This document shows, piece after piece, positions 35,787 through 43,923 of a DNA stretch of 64,000 nucleotides. The stretch's first letter is position 1, and each line of letters starts with the position of its first letter. Location: the NCBI GenBank assembly GCA_013286655.1, contig JABDFG010000003.1, forward strand, positions 8,906-72,905. The letters run 5' to 3'. Both the position numbers and the translations under genes were made by a program. Origin of the DNA: Bacteroidota bacterium (lineage in GTDB: Bacteria > Bacteroidota > Bacteroidia > JABDFU01). The notes under the pieces were generated by a model. It saw nothing but the letters and a program-made list of their open reading frames with translations, did not search any database and had not been told where the DNA came from.

Positions 35787-36515
35787 TTATTTATTCAACA
35801 TCTTAAATGCGGTCTTTGGAAGGAAGCGACTGAATTTATTCAGCCCTGCTGATTGACCAATATTCATTATATTTTCTCCGCTTTCAAGTTTTTCAATGAA
35901 TAGCTGAGCAAATTTATCTGCCGGCATTTTCGGGACGGGTGCATTTTTGCTTAAATCGGTGTCTACAACCGGAGGTAAAACTTCAACCACCCTGATTTTT
36001 AAACCCGCTAACTGATGTCTGATGGACATTGTTGCAAAATGAACGGCGGTTTTAGAAGCACAATATGTTCCTAACGAAGCAATGGGCATATAAGCTAATC
36101 CGGAAGAAATAATTACAACAATTGGCTCCTTTGATTTTTTAAGTAAGGGAAGTGCCTTTTTAGTGAGTAGAATAGGTGCACTATAATTTATTGATATTTC
36201 TGTTTCTATATCCTCTTTCAATTTCTGTTCAGACGAATTAACAAAATCAAACTGGGTTCCTTTTCCGGCATTGTTAATCAATAAGTCAATTTTACCATAG
36301 GACTTTTCAATTTTAGAAATGGCGGCATTTAATTGGTCGCTCGAAGTGACATCCGCCTGAATGCTATCGACCTTGGGCATGGCAGTTTTTAGAGCTGAAA
36401 TCTTTGCGGGATTTCTATCAATGGATACGATGGTGTTGTTATTTATTAAGGCTTTGGTAATGGCATATCCGATACCAGTTGCTCCACCGGTAATTACTAT
36501 AATTTTATCTTTCAT
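35787..36515 (-). CDS. short-chain dehydrogenase/reductase (SDR) family oxidoreductase
   Basis: IIVITGGATGIGYAI, NNAG, YCASKTA. Paralog-like to 10529..11302. Confidence 0.85.
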   Translation of the reverse strand: MKDKIIVITGGATGIGYAITKALINNNTIVSIDRNPAKISALKTAMPKVDSIQADVTSSDQLNAAISKIEKSYGKIDLLINNAGKGTQFDFVNSSEQKLKEDIETEISINYSAPILLTKKALPLLKKSKEPIVVIISSGLAYMPIASLGTYCASKTAVHFATMSIRHQLAGLKIRVVEVLPPVVDTDLSKNAPVPKMPADKFAQLFIEKLESGENIMNIGQSAGLNKFSRFLPKTAFKMLNK

Positions 36516-36661
36516 ATTTCAAGAATGTTGGTTCGTGAATTTTTTCTGATATGATTTTGCCCTACTAAGGTAATTATTTCGCATTACTCAGGAGGTAATG
36601 TGTGAAAGTTGCAACTAACTACAAAAAGTTCTGCAATTGTGTCATGCGTTATCAAATTTTA

Positions 36662-37045
36662 TTATTTCCTTCCTACTTTGTCAATTGGCCTGAAACGTAA
36701 TGCACTCCAGGTATCGTCAATCGAAATAGCTGTTACGGTAGTGATACCGTATTCTTCACCTGTTATTCGAATGGTGTCCCTGTTAATATCCGTTTTGACC
36801 TTAGCTGTTCCTTTTGGGTATGCAAACCATAAAACACTATCTGATGCTATGTTTTTTAACTGATTGTTCAGGCAATCCAGATACTCCTTGTTACTGTTAA
36901 TGAAAATCAATGTGTTTTCGCTTTGTTCTTTTTTGCTGAATGAAGTTTTAAAACCAAGTTTTACAAAGTCCTTTTCCAATGCTTTCGGTGAGTTGATTAC
37001 AATACCGTTGTCTTTGAACTTAAATTTTTTGATGATCTCTTTCAT
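36662..37045 (-). CDS. hypothetical protein (DUF3052-like by memory)
   Basis: 127-aa soluble ORF with SVLWFAYPKG...ISIDDTWSALRFRP. Confidence 0.4.
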   Translation of the reverse strand: MKEIIKKFKFKDNGIVINSPKALEKDFVKLGFKTSFSKKEQSENTLIFINSNKEYLDCLNNQLKNIASDSVLWFAYPKGTAKVKTDINRDTIRITGEEYGITTVTAISIDDTWSALRFRPIDKVGRK

Positions 37046-37076
37046 CCGTATGTATTTTTTTTAGTTTGATAGGCTC

Positions 37077-38216
37077 TTAACAGGGCAATGCAAAACAAAA
37101 TGTAGCACCTTTACCTACTTCCGCTTCTGCATATATCCTTCCTCCATGTTTGTTTATGATACGTTGCGCAATCGCCAAACCTACTCCTGTTCCTTCAAAT
37201 TCTTCATCTGTATGTAAACGCTGAAAAACACCAAATAATTTGTCCGCATACTTCATGTCAAATCCTTCGCCGTTATCTTTTATCATATAGGTGACTTGAT
37301 GATTTTTCCTTTCGGATGTTATTTCAATCAGGGAATTCTTCTTTTTGGAAGAATATTTTATACCATTTGAAATCAGATTGATTGCGACTTGCTTGATCAG
37401 AGCGTAATCCCCTTTGACCGGATCTAATGTATTTACTTTTATTTCTGCCTTATGATTCGTTGTGTTTTTTAAATCTGTTAGTATTTCCTCAATTAGGAGA
37501 TTCATGTCAATGTCTGTTTCCTGAATAGGTTTTTTTCCCAGTCTTGCAAAAGTTAACAAGTCATCAATCAGGTTGTTCATCTTTATGGCATTATCCTGAA
37601 CGGCTGATAATACTCTTTTCCCTTCCTTATCAAAAAGCGGGCTAAAATCCTCTTCCAGTATCCTTGTATATCCATCTATGGCGCGTAAGGGAGCCCTCAG
37701 ATCATGTGATACAGAATAAGAAAAGGCTTCCAGCTCCTTATTTACTGCTTCCAACTGTTGCGTACGTTGCTCAATAACAGCCTGTTGTTCCATGATCTTT
37801 GTGATATTAATGAAAAAAGATATCAGGTAATTCTCTCCGTTCATTTCCATCAGCTCAATGGATGATACGGTATGAACTGTTGTCCCGTCTTTTGCGATGC
37901 ATCTAACATAATCATTTTGTAGCCTGCCTTTTTCTTGTATGATGTAGCCCACTCTGACGGATTCTTCCCTATCAAGGATTCCTATTTCTACAGATGTCCG
38001 GCCGATGATATCCGATTCAGCATAGCCGAAAGTTTCTAAAAATTTCTTATTGACTCTTACATAGGTTCTTTTTCCCGGAGCGGTAGTTGTCATGCTCATG
38101 CAAACGGGACTGTTGTTGAATAAGGTTAAAAGTCCCGCTCTGCTTTCCTTGAAAAGCTTCCTGGCCGTATCCAGGTTTTCAACAGTAATCGTATCAGAAA
38201 ATAAGTCCATCGGCAA
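37077..38216 (-). CDS. PAS-domain sensor histidine kinase
   Basis: PAS block, then [28 protein letters not shown] (HisKA) and DNGEGFD...[10 protein letters not shown] (HATPase_c). The kinase core is paralogous to 17444..18844. Confidence 0.85.
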   Translation of the reverse strand: MPMDLFSDTITVENLDTARKLFKESRAGLLTLFNNSPVCMSMTTTAPGKRTYVRVNKKFLETFGYAESDIIGRTSVEIGILDREESVRVGYIIQEKGRLQNDYVRCIAKDGTTVHTVSSIELMEMNGENYLISFFINITKIMEQQAVIEQRTQQLEAVNKELEAFSYSVSHDLRAPLRAIDGYTRILEEDFSPLFDKEGKRVLSAVQDNAIKMNNLIDDLLTFARLGKKPIQETDIDMNLLIEEILTDLKNTTNHKAEIKVNTLDPVKGDYALIKQVAINLISNGIKYSSKKKNSLIEITSERKNHQVTYMIKDNGEGFDMKYADKLFGVFQRLHTDEEFEGTGVGLAIAQRIINKHGGRIYAEAEVGKGATFCFALPC

Positions 38217-38263
38217 TTAGTTTTTAATGTTCATGACACTCTGTCCAGAGTAACAACAAGTAA

Positions 38264-38287
38264 AAATCGTAAAAATATTTACGATTT
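38264..38287. promoter_or_regulatory. perfect inverted repeat (10-bp arms, 4-nt centre) just upstream of the SPFH promoter
   Basis: aaatcgtaaa-aata-tttacgattt, in the divergent region between the PAS kinase gene and the SPFH gene. Confidence 0.35.
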
Positions 38288-38314
38288 CACTTGTTTTATG
38301 AAAAAGTATTTCAA

Positions 38315-38322
38315 TATCTTTG
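38315..38322 (+). promoter_or_regulatory. Bacteroidota-type -7 promoter box
   Basis: TATCTTTG matches TAnnTTTG, 37 nt upstream of ATG 38359. A TTG at 38291-38293 is at a plausible -33 spacing. Confidence 0.4.
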
Positions 38323-38358
38323 TGATATCATATTAGTATCAATTAAAAATTAATTAAA

Positions 38359-39210
38359 ATGACAACTGAAAAAACGATCAAACCGCTTTCCGCTTATGGA
38401 GTACTCCTGGTCTCTATTTTACTGATTGGTTTTGGAATATATTGTGTCGCCCATGAATTTTATTCCGGAATGATTTTACTTTTTTTTGGTCTTTCGTTAT
38501 TGCCGGGACTAATTATTGTAAATCCTAATGGGGCAATAGCCCTTATACTTTTTGGTGCGTACAAAGGAACGGTAAAAGAAAATGGATTTTTTTGGGTTAA
38601 TCCCTTGTTTGTTAAAGTCCGTATTTCTCAACGTGCAAGAAACCTAAGTGGACAGATTCTGAAGGTAAATGATAAATTAGGAAATCCTATTGAAATTGCT
38701 GCGGTAATTGTATGGAAGGTAGAAGACACCGCTAAATCTATTTTCGAAGTAGATGATTATTTGAAATATGTAAACATTCAGAGCGAAGCTGCTGTCAGGC
38801 ATCTGGCCGGCGTTTACCCCTATGATAATATTGAAGATAATCAATCGGATATTACTTTGCGTGGGGGTGCTGACAAAGTAAATGAAATACTGGTAACTGA
38901 ACTAAATGAACGTCTTGGAAAAGCGGGTATAAATGTATTAGAGGCACGGATTAGTCATTTGGCTTACGCTCAGGAAATTGCAGGAGCTATGCTAAGAAAG
39001 CAACAAGCCTCGGCTGTGATTGCGGCAAGACGTTTAATTGTGGAAGGAGCAGTAAGTATGGTAGAAATGGCACTTACTAAACTTTCAGAAAGAGAAATCG
39101 TTCACCTGGATGAGGAACGTAAAGCTGCAATGGTAAGTAATTTATTGGTTGTTTTGTGTGGCGATAAAGAAGTGAGTCCGGTAGTAAACACAGGAACCTT
39201 GCATAATTAA
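38359..39210 (+). CDS. SPFH/band-7 domain membrane protein
   Basis: Two N-terminal TM helices, then an SPFH-like core (FWVNPLF...NLSGQILKVNDKLGNPIEIAAVIVWKV...) and a C-terminal coiled region. Confidence 0.75.
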   Translation: MTTEKTIKPLSAYGVLLVSILLIGFGIYCVAHEFYSGMILLFFGLSLLPGLIIVNPNGAIALILFGAYKGTVKENGFFWVNPLFVKVRISQRARNLSGQILKVNDKLGNPIEIAAVIVWKVEDTAKSIFEVDDYLKYVNIQSEAAVRHLAGVYPYDNIEDNQSDITLRGGADKVNEILVTELNERLGKAGINVLEARISHLAYAQEIAGAMLRKQQASAVIAARRLIVEGAVSMVEMALTKLSEREIVHLDEERKAAMVSNLLVVLCGDKEVSPVVNTGTLHN

Positions 39211-39213
39211 AGG

Positions 39214-39393
39214 ATGGCAGAACGAAAAGCATTTATATTACGAATCAACCCGGATACTTTGAAAGAGCTTGAAAAATGGGCGTCTGATGAATTCAGGAGC
39301 GTTAACGGACAGATAGAGTATTTGTTGCAAAAGGCCATCCTTGATAATAGCCGGGGCAAATCAAAGGATAAAAAAACGGATTCAACTAAATAA
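39214..39393 (+). CDS. Arc/MetJ-type ribbon-helix-helix DNA-binding protein (59 aa, below the ORF-track cutoff)
   Basis: MAERKAFILRINPDTLKELEKWASDEFRSVNGQIEYLLQKAIL matches the RHH pattern (beta-strand FxLRI, then two helices with SxNxxI). Starts 3 nt after the SPFH stop. The track's antisense ORF 39207..39413 is the likely artefact. Confidence 0.6.
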   Translation: MAERKAFILRINPDTLKELEKWASDEFRSVNGQIEYLLQKAILDNSRGKSKDKKTDSTK

Positions 39394-39411
39394 GTAATAA
39401 AAAAACAGATC

Positions 39412-39975
39412 ATGGACCTAAAGAACGACGTAATTGAAATTCCGTATAGTATACGGATACTTTTTTTGCCTATCTATCTAGGCGTTTTGCTTACGCTGCT
39501 TTCTAATCAATTTTTTAAAGCAAATTCTGTTCAGACTCTGGGCCATATGAGTATACCCCGAATTTGGTTAATCATCCTGTTTGGTATTTTATTTTGCTTT
39601 GTTTTGTACGTGATTATTTCAGCAGTCATGAAACTAATTACAAGGAAACCCGGACTTATTATTAATAATGAAGAAGTAATTGACAAAAGCAGTATTCTTG
39701 GCGCAAGAATTTTATGGGACGACATTTCTGATATAGAAGATGTTTCCGTTGGGCGCATGACGTATATTCTTGTTTTTGTAAACAATCCTGAAATTTACAT
39801 TTCTCAAACAAGCAATTTATATAAAAAATCAGTAATGAAATTTCGTTATATGAGGAAAGGAACGCCTTTTTTTCTTAATAAGAATCACTTAAACTACAGT
39901 CAGGGAAAAAGGGGACTCACGGGAATTTTACATGAAATACTGGAACAGAAAAAGGCTGCGCGGTTTGGTGTTTAA
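39412..39975 (+). CDS. hypothetical membrane protein (two TM helices plus a PH-like soluble domain, STM3941-like by memory)
   Basis: Two hydrophobic helices followed by GLIINNEEVIDKSS...ILWDDISDIE. Confidence 0.4.
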   Translation: MDLKNDVIEIPYSIRILFLPIYLGVLLTLLSNQFFKANSVQTLGHMSIPRIWLIILFGILFCFVLYVIISAVMKLITRKPGLIINNEEVIDKSSILGARILWDDISDIEDVSVGRMTYILVFVNNPEIYISQTSNLYKKSVMKFRYMRKGTPFFLNKNHLNYSQGKRGLTGILHEILEQKKAARFGV

Positions 39976-39999
39976 TTATTTGTAAAATAATAGCCTGGC

Positions 40000-41136
40000 C
40001 TAATTTGCCGGGATATAAATATCAAAGGTTGCTCCTTTTTTTAGTTCGCTCGTAGCGATGATGATGCCGTTGTGATTTTCTACTATTTTCTTAACGATGG
40101 CTAGCCCGATTCCTGTACCTGCATATACGTCTTTGTTGTGAAGTTTTTGGAATACTTCAAAAATTCGCTCGCTGAAATGAGGTTCAAATCCGATGCCGTT
40201 GTCCTGAACAGTGATGTGACAATAATTTTTTTCCGGTGAAAATTTTTTATTATTTAATTTACTTCCTTTTACAATTCTGCTTTTTATTATTATGTGTGAT
40301 GGCACATCAGGTTGTGAAAATTTGAGCGCGTTGCTTATCAAATTGTACATGAGCTGGCGAAATTGAAAAACAATAATGTTGGCAGAGCAGAGCTGATCGG
40401 CTTCGATGCTTGCGTGTTTTTCAAAAATGGTATCTTTTAATTCGGCTGTGACCTCTTCAATAATTATTTTCAGTTCGGTTTTTTCAAATTTGAGTTCGGT
40501 AGTATTGATACGGGAGAATGCAAGTAAGTCGTCGATGAGTTGTTGCATTCTGCCGGCCGCTAATTGCATCCGTTGAAAATTGTATTTGCCATTGTCAGAT
40601 AGATTCTTATTCTCATTTTCGAGTATTATCGTGACAAAGGTTTGTATTTTACGAAGAGGTTCCTGCAAATCGTGGCTTGATACGTACGTAAATGCTAATA
40701 GCTCTTTGTTGGCAATAATTAACTCTGCCGCTCGTTTTTCTTTCTCTTCATTTTGAAAGGCGAGTTCTTTGTTGGCAATGATTAACTCTGCCGCTCGTTT
40801 TTCTTTCTCTTCATTTTGGAAGGCGAGTTCTTTGTTAGCGACAATTAATTCGGCTGCCCGTTTTTCTTTCTCTTCATTTTGAAAGGCTAGTTCTTTGTTG
40901 GCAATGATAAGTTCTGCCGCCCGTTCTTCTTTCTCTGTTACCTGTTTCTCCAGTTCTGTGTTGGCAATAATGAATTCGGCTGCCCGTTTTTCTTTCTCGT
41001 GGTTTTGGAAAACGAGTTCTTTATTGGCAATGACTAATTCTGCTATTAGTTTCCCCTTCTCTTCTTTTTCAACAGCAAGTTCCCTGCGAACAGTGCTTAG
41101 CTCGTGTCTGTCCAATTTAGTTGTATCCGTCATCAT
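40000..41136 (-). CDS. soluble histidine kinase with an N-terminal array of 21-aa coiled-coil repeats (second copy of this architecture)
   Basis: Five clean repeats plus two degenerate ones of EL(I/V)(I/V)[17 protein letters not shown]. They run directly into HisKA (FTYVSSHDLQEPLRKIQTF) and HATPase_c (DNGIGFE...GTGIGLAIVK). No sensor domain. The kinase core is paralogous to the CheB/CheR kinase. Confidence 0.85.
   Translation of the reverse strand: MMTDTTKLDRHELSTVRRELAVEKEEKGKLIAELVIANKELVFQNHEKEKRAAEFIIANTELEKQVTEKEERAAELIIANKELAFQNEEKEKRAAELIVANKELAFQNEEKEKRAAELIIANKELAFQNEEKEKRAAELIIANKELLAFTYVSSHDLQEPLRKIQTFVTIILENENKNLSDNGKYNFQRMQLAAGRMQQLIDDLLAFSRINTTELKFEKTELKIIIEEVTAELKDTIFEKHASIEADQLCSANIIVFQFRQLMYNLISNALKFSQPDVPSHIIIKSRIVKGSKLNNKKFSPEKNYCHITVQDNGIGFEPHFSERIFEVFQKLHNKDVYAGTGIGLAIVKKIVENHNGIIIATSELKKGATFDIYIPAN
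40726..41103 (-). repeat. 63-bp tandem repeat array, about 6 units, with two adjacent units differing at 2 of 63 nt
   Basis: The units starting at ~40704 and ~40767 (ctttgttggcaat(a/g)attaactctgccgctcgtttttctttctcttcattttg(a/g)aaggcgagtt) are almost identical. Confidence 0.9.
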
Positions 41137-41153
41137 TTATTGTTTTAACAGAC

Positions 41154-41618
41154 TCAACTGTGCAAATTACTTTGCACAGTGAGTACAAAATTATCTCTGG
41201 TGGGTAATGTTCTTTTTTCCTGGGCTATATGTATGAGCGTTTGATAAACGATCGCTTTAAATTGTGAAAAGATGGATGGTTTTCGAATGAAATAATGTGC
41301 CCCATTTTTGTAAAGCAGATTCACAACTTCTTGTTCAAAGGAGGTGGAAAAAATAATGACAGGAAGGTGTTTCAATTTTTCACTTGACTTTATTTCTGAT
41401 AAACATTCAAAACCGTTTTTTCGTGGCATATTCAGATCAAGGAAAAGAACATGTGGGAGGTTATTCGCTTCGGTTGCGAGATAGTCCATGAGTTGTTCTC
41501 CGTTATGCATGGTTGCGAGGGTTGTGGGGATTGCTAAATCCTTTAACGCATCTTTAAAAAAGATGCAGTCATCCGTATCGTCATCTGCAAGCAGGATATT
41601 CAATTGGGTCAAACTCAT
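41154..41618 (-). CDS. stand-alone response-regulator receiver
   Basis: ILLADDDTDDCIFFKDAL...VLFLDLNMPRKNGFECLSEIKSSEKLKHLPVIIFSTS, plus the C-terminal motif LPTRDNFVLTVQ. Confidence 0.9.
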   Translation of the reverse strand: MSLTQLNILLADDDTDDCIFFKDALKDLAIPTTLATMHNGEQLMDYLATEANNLPHVLFLDLNMPRKNGFECLSEIKSSEKLKHLPVIIFSTSFEQEVVNLLYKNGAHYFIRKPSIFSQFKAIVYQTLIHIAQEKRTLPTRDNFVLTVQSNLHS

Positions 41619-41621
41619 TGG

Positions 41622-42080
41622 CTAAGGATGTATATTAATTAAGCGAATTTTTTCTACAACCTTTGTAAGGGCCTGACCGATGGCCTGTTGGAGTTGTGCC
41701 AAATCACTGGACTTGTGGATGTAATCGTTCGCTCCGATCTTGAAAAGATTGGCTATCATTTCCCGTTCATAATTCTTGTCCTGTGGAAATGATGTTGAAA
41801 ACATGATCACATAGAGGTTCTTGAGCTTTTCATTTTCTTTTATCTCGGACAGGCATTCAAAACCATTTTTTCGAGGCATATTCAGGTCAAGAAAAAGAAC
41901 ATCGGGAAGGTGTTCCGAATGTTCGGAAAGGTATTTCATCAGCTCCTCTCCATCATTAACGATTGTAAGGGTGCGGGATATTGTTAGTTTCTCCAATGCC
42001 TTATCAAAAAACTGACGATCGTCAGAGTCATCATCTGCAAGCAGAATGCTAATAGGAGCTTTTTGTTGTAGTACGTTCAT
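41622..42080 (-). CDS. stand-alone response-regulator receiver
   Basis: ILLADDDSDDRQFFDKAL...VLFLDLNMPRKNGFECLSEIKENEKLKNLYVIMFSTS. Lacks the C-terminal motif of its paralogs. Confidence 0.9.
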   Translation of the reverse strand: MNVLQQKAPISILLADDDSDDRQFFDKALEKLTISRTLTIVNDGEELMKYLSEHSEHLPDVLFLDLNMPRKNGFECLSEIKENEKLKNLYVIMFSTSFPQDKNYEREMIANLFKIGANDYIHKSSDLAQLQQAIGQALTKVVEKIRLINIHP

Positions 42081-42085
42081 CAGAT

Positions 42086-42616
42086 TTAATTAAATTTAGG
42101 GGCCATGGGAAGTGCGAAGAAATTATTGAACCAAAACAGAGGCTTGGAATTTTTCCGTTCCACTGTAAGCAAAAAATATTCTTTTTTTGGTTGTAAAATG
42201 TTTCCTTCAGCTATAAGCATAAGTGTTTGTTGAACTGCTTGTTTGAGATGTAAAATCTCAGTTGGTTTACTTATATAGTAATTTGCTCCGTTCTCATAAA
42301 GAATGTCCGCAATCTTCTTATGGAATGTCGTGGAATAAATAATTATCGGAAGCATTTTCAATTTTTCGTTTGACTTTATTTCTGATAAACATTCAAATCC
42401 GTTTTTCCGGGGCATGTTCAGATCGAGGAAAAGAGCGTGAGGAAGCTGATTGGTTTCACTTGTGAGGTGGTTCATTAGCTGTTCTCCATCGGCTACTGTT
42501 GTCAGCGTAATCGATAGTGAAAATTCTTTGAGCGCTTCCTTAAAAAAAGTGTGATCATCTGCGTCATCATCTGCCAGCAGGATGTTAAGAGAGGTTTTGT
42601 TTTGTTTCGGTTCCAT
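42086..42616 (-). CDS. stand-alone response-regulator receiver with an extended C-terminus
   Basis: ILLADDDADDHTFFKEAL...ALFLDLNMPRKNGFECLSEIKSNEKLKMLPIIIYSTT, then QPKKEYFLLTVE and a 20-aa hydrophobic tail. Confidence 0.9.
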   Translation of the reverse strand: MEPKQNKTSLNILLADDDADDHTFFKEALKEFSLSITLTTVADGEQLMNHLTSETNQLPHALFLDLNMPRKNGFECLSEIKSNEKLKMLPIIIYSTTFHKKIADILYENGANYYISKPTEILHLKQAVQQTLMLIAEGNILQPKKEYFLLTVERKNSKPLFWFNNFFALPMAPKFN

Positions 42617-42774
42617 AACAATTAGTTTTCAATGCGCGCTTACACATTACGAAGCAGCGCTTTATAACCGTGCAAGGTGAGGACTAAAAACCTGCTATTG
42701 TTATACAACCTTTGCAATAAGTTACAGAATTCACACATTAGTGTCGCAGCTTGCTGCGAGGGGGCTCGTTTCGC

Positions 42775-43866
42775 TCATTTGACCCTGATTACATCTTCAT
42801 TCCTGATATTCTCCGATGCGTCCGTAACTAAGGAGTCACCGTTTTTCAAATCTCCGTATACTTCCATATTACTACCATTCGCATTTCCCTTATCAACTTT
42901 TATCCGTTTTGCCTTTCCGTTTTCTACTCTTACTACAAAAATGCCTTCCGTTGAAGAAACGATGGCGGTTGAAGGAACAAGAAACGATTTGGTGTTACGT
43001 TTTGTATTAAGTTCCACCTGGGCATACATTCCTGACAGCAGCTTTTTGTCTTTATTGATAACATCCATTTCTATCATCTCCGAACGGATATTTGTTTCAA
43101 TATTTCCTGCCAGGCGGCTGACTTTGGCCGTGAACATTTCTTTGGGATAGCTTTTTACTGTAAATCTGACCTGATCGCCCAAATGCAGACTGCTTGTAAA
43201 TACTTCGGGAACAGCAACCGCTAAACGAAGTATGTTTTCTTGTTTGAGTTTTAGGAGTGGTTTTTCCGAACCTTTGCCGGAAGGGCCTACATAGGCTCCC
43301 GGATGTATATTCCGTTCAGTTATCATTCCATCGAAAGCCGCTCTGACTGTCAGGTAATTTTTGATTTCCGTTGCAGCCTTATAATTCGAACGGGCAGAGT
43401 TTACCTCTGAACTATCCGACATCATTTTTGAAAGAGCAAGATCCAGATCGTTAGGAGAAACTGTACCTGGAGTTTTGCTCGTTTCATACAAACGGGAATA
43501 GGTGGACGCACTTGATTTTAAAATAGCTTCCCTTGTTTTAAGTTTAGAAGCTGCCTCGGCCATTTGAGATTCGAATTCGGGAGCATCCAGCAGGAGTAAA
43601 AGATCTCCTTTTTTAACCTCTGATCCGCGGTCAACGTGGACTTCCTTTACAAAGCTGTTGACCTTGGCATAGATATCCACTTCCTGAAAAGCGATTAATT
43701 CTCCGGGCAATGCTACCGTGTTTTCCACCTGGCTTTCCTCCAGCACAAACGTCTTCATTAGTTGTGCTTTTGCTTCCTCTTTTAGTTTTGGTTCCTTTGG
43801 ACCGCAGGAATATAACGTGAGACAGGTGGCTGATGTGATAATAATTATCAGGTTATTAGTATTCAT
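42775..43866 (-). CDS. efflux RND periplasmic adaptor (membrane fusion protein)
   Basis: Lipoprotein-like start MNTNNLIIIITSATCLTLYSCG (the ORF opens at 43920). Biotinyl-lipoyl/HlyD-like hairpin (GDLLLLLDAPEFESQ...). Last gene of the TolC-RND-MFP operon. Confidence 0.8.
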   Translation of the reverse strand: MNTNNLIIIITSATCLTLYSCGPKEPKLKEEAKAQLMKTFVLEESQVENTVALPGELIAFQEVDIYAKVNSFVKEVHVDRGSEVKKGDLLLLLDAPEFESQMAEAASKLKTREAILKSSASTYSRLYETSKTPGTVSPNDLDLALSKMMSDSSEVNSARSNYKAATEIKNYLTVRAAFDGMITERNIHPGAYVGPSGKGSEKPLLKLKQENILRLAVAVPEVFTSSLHLGDQVRFTVKSYPKEMFTAKVSRLAGNIETNIRSEMIEMDVINKDKKLLSGMYAQVELNTKRNTKSFLVPSTAIVSSTEGIFVVRVENGKAKRIKVDKGNANGSNMEVYGDLKNGDSLVTDASENIRNEDVIRVK

Positions 43867-43923
43867 AGGATATTTTTTGGTTTTATTAAATAGTGTTGGC
43901 GCATAGGGTGGCTCTTGCAATTA

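Noticed and set aside
39207-39413. 68-aa minus-strand track ORF.
   Set aside because: It is antisense to a clear Arc/RHH-type 59-aa ORF that is operonic with the SPFH gene.
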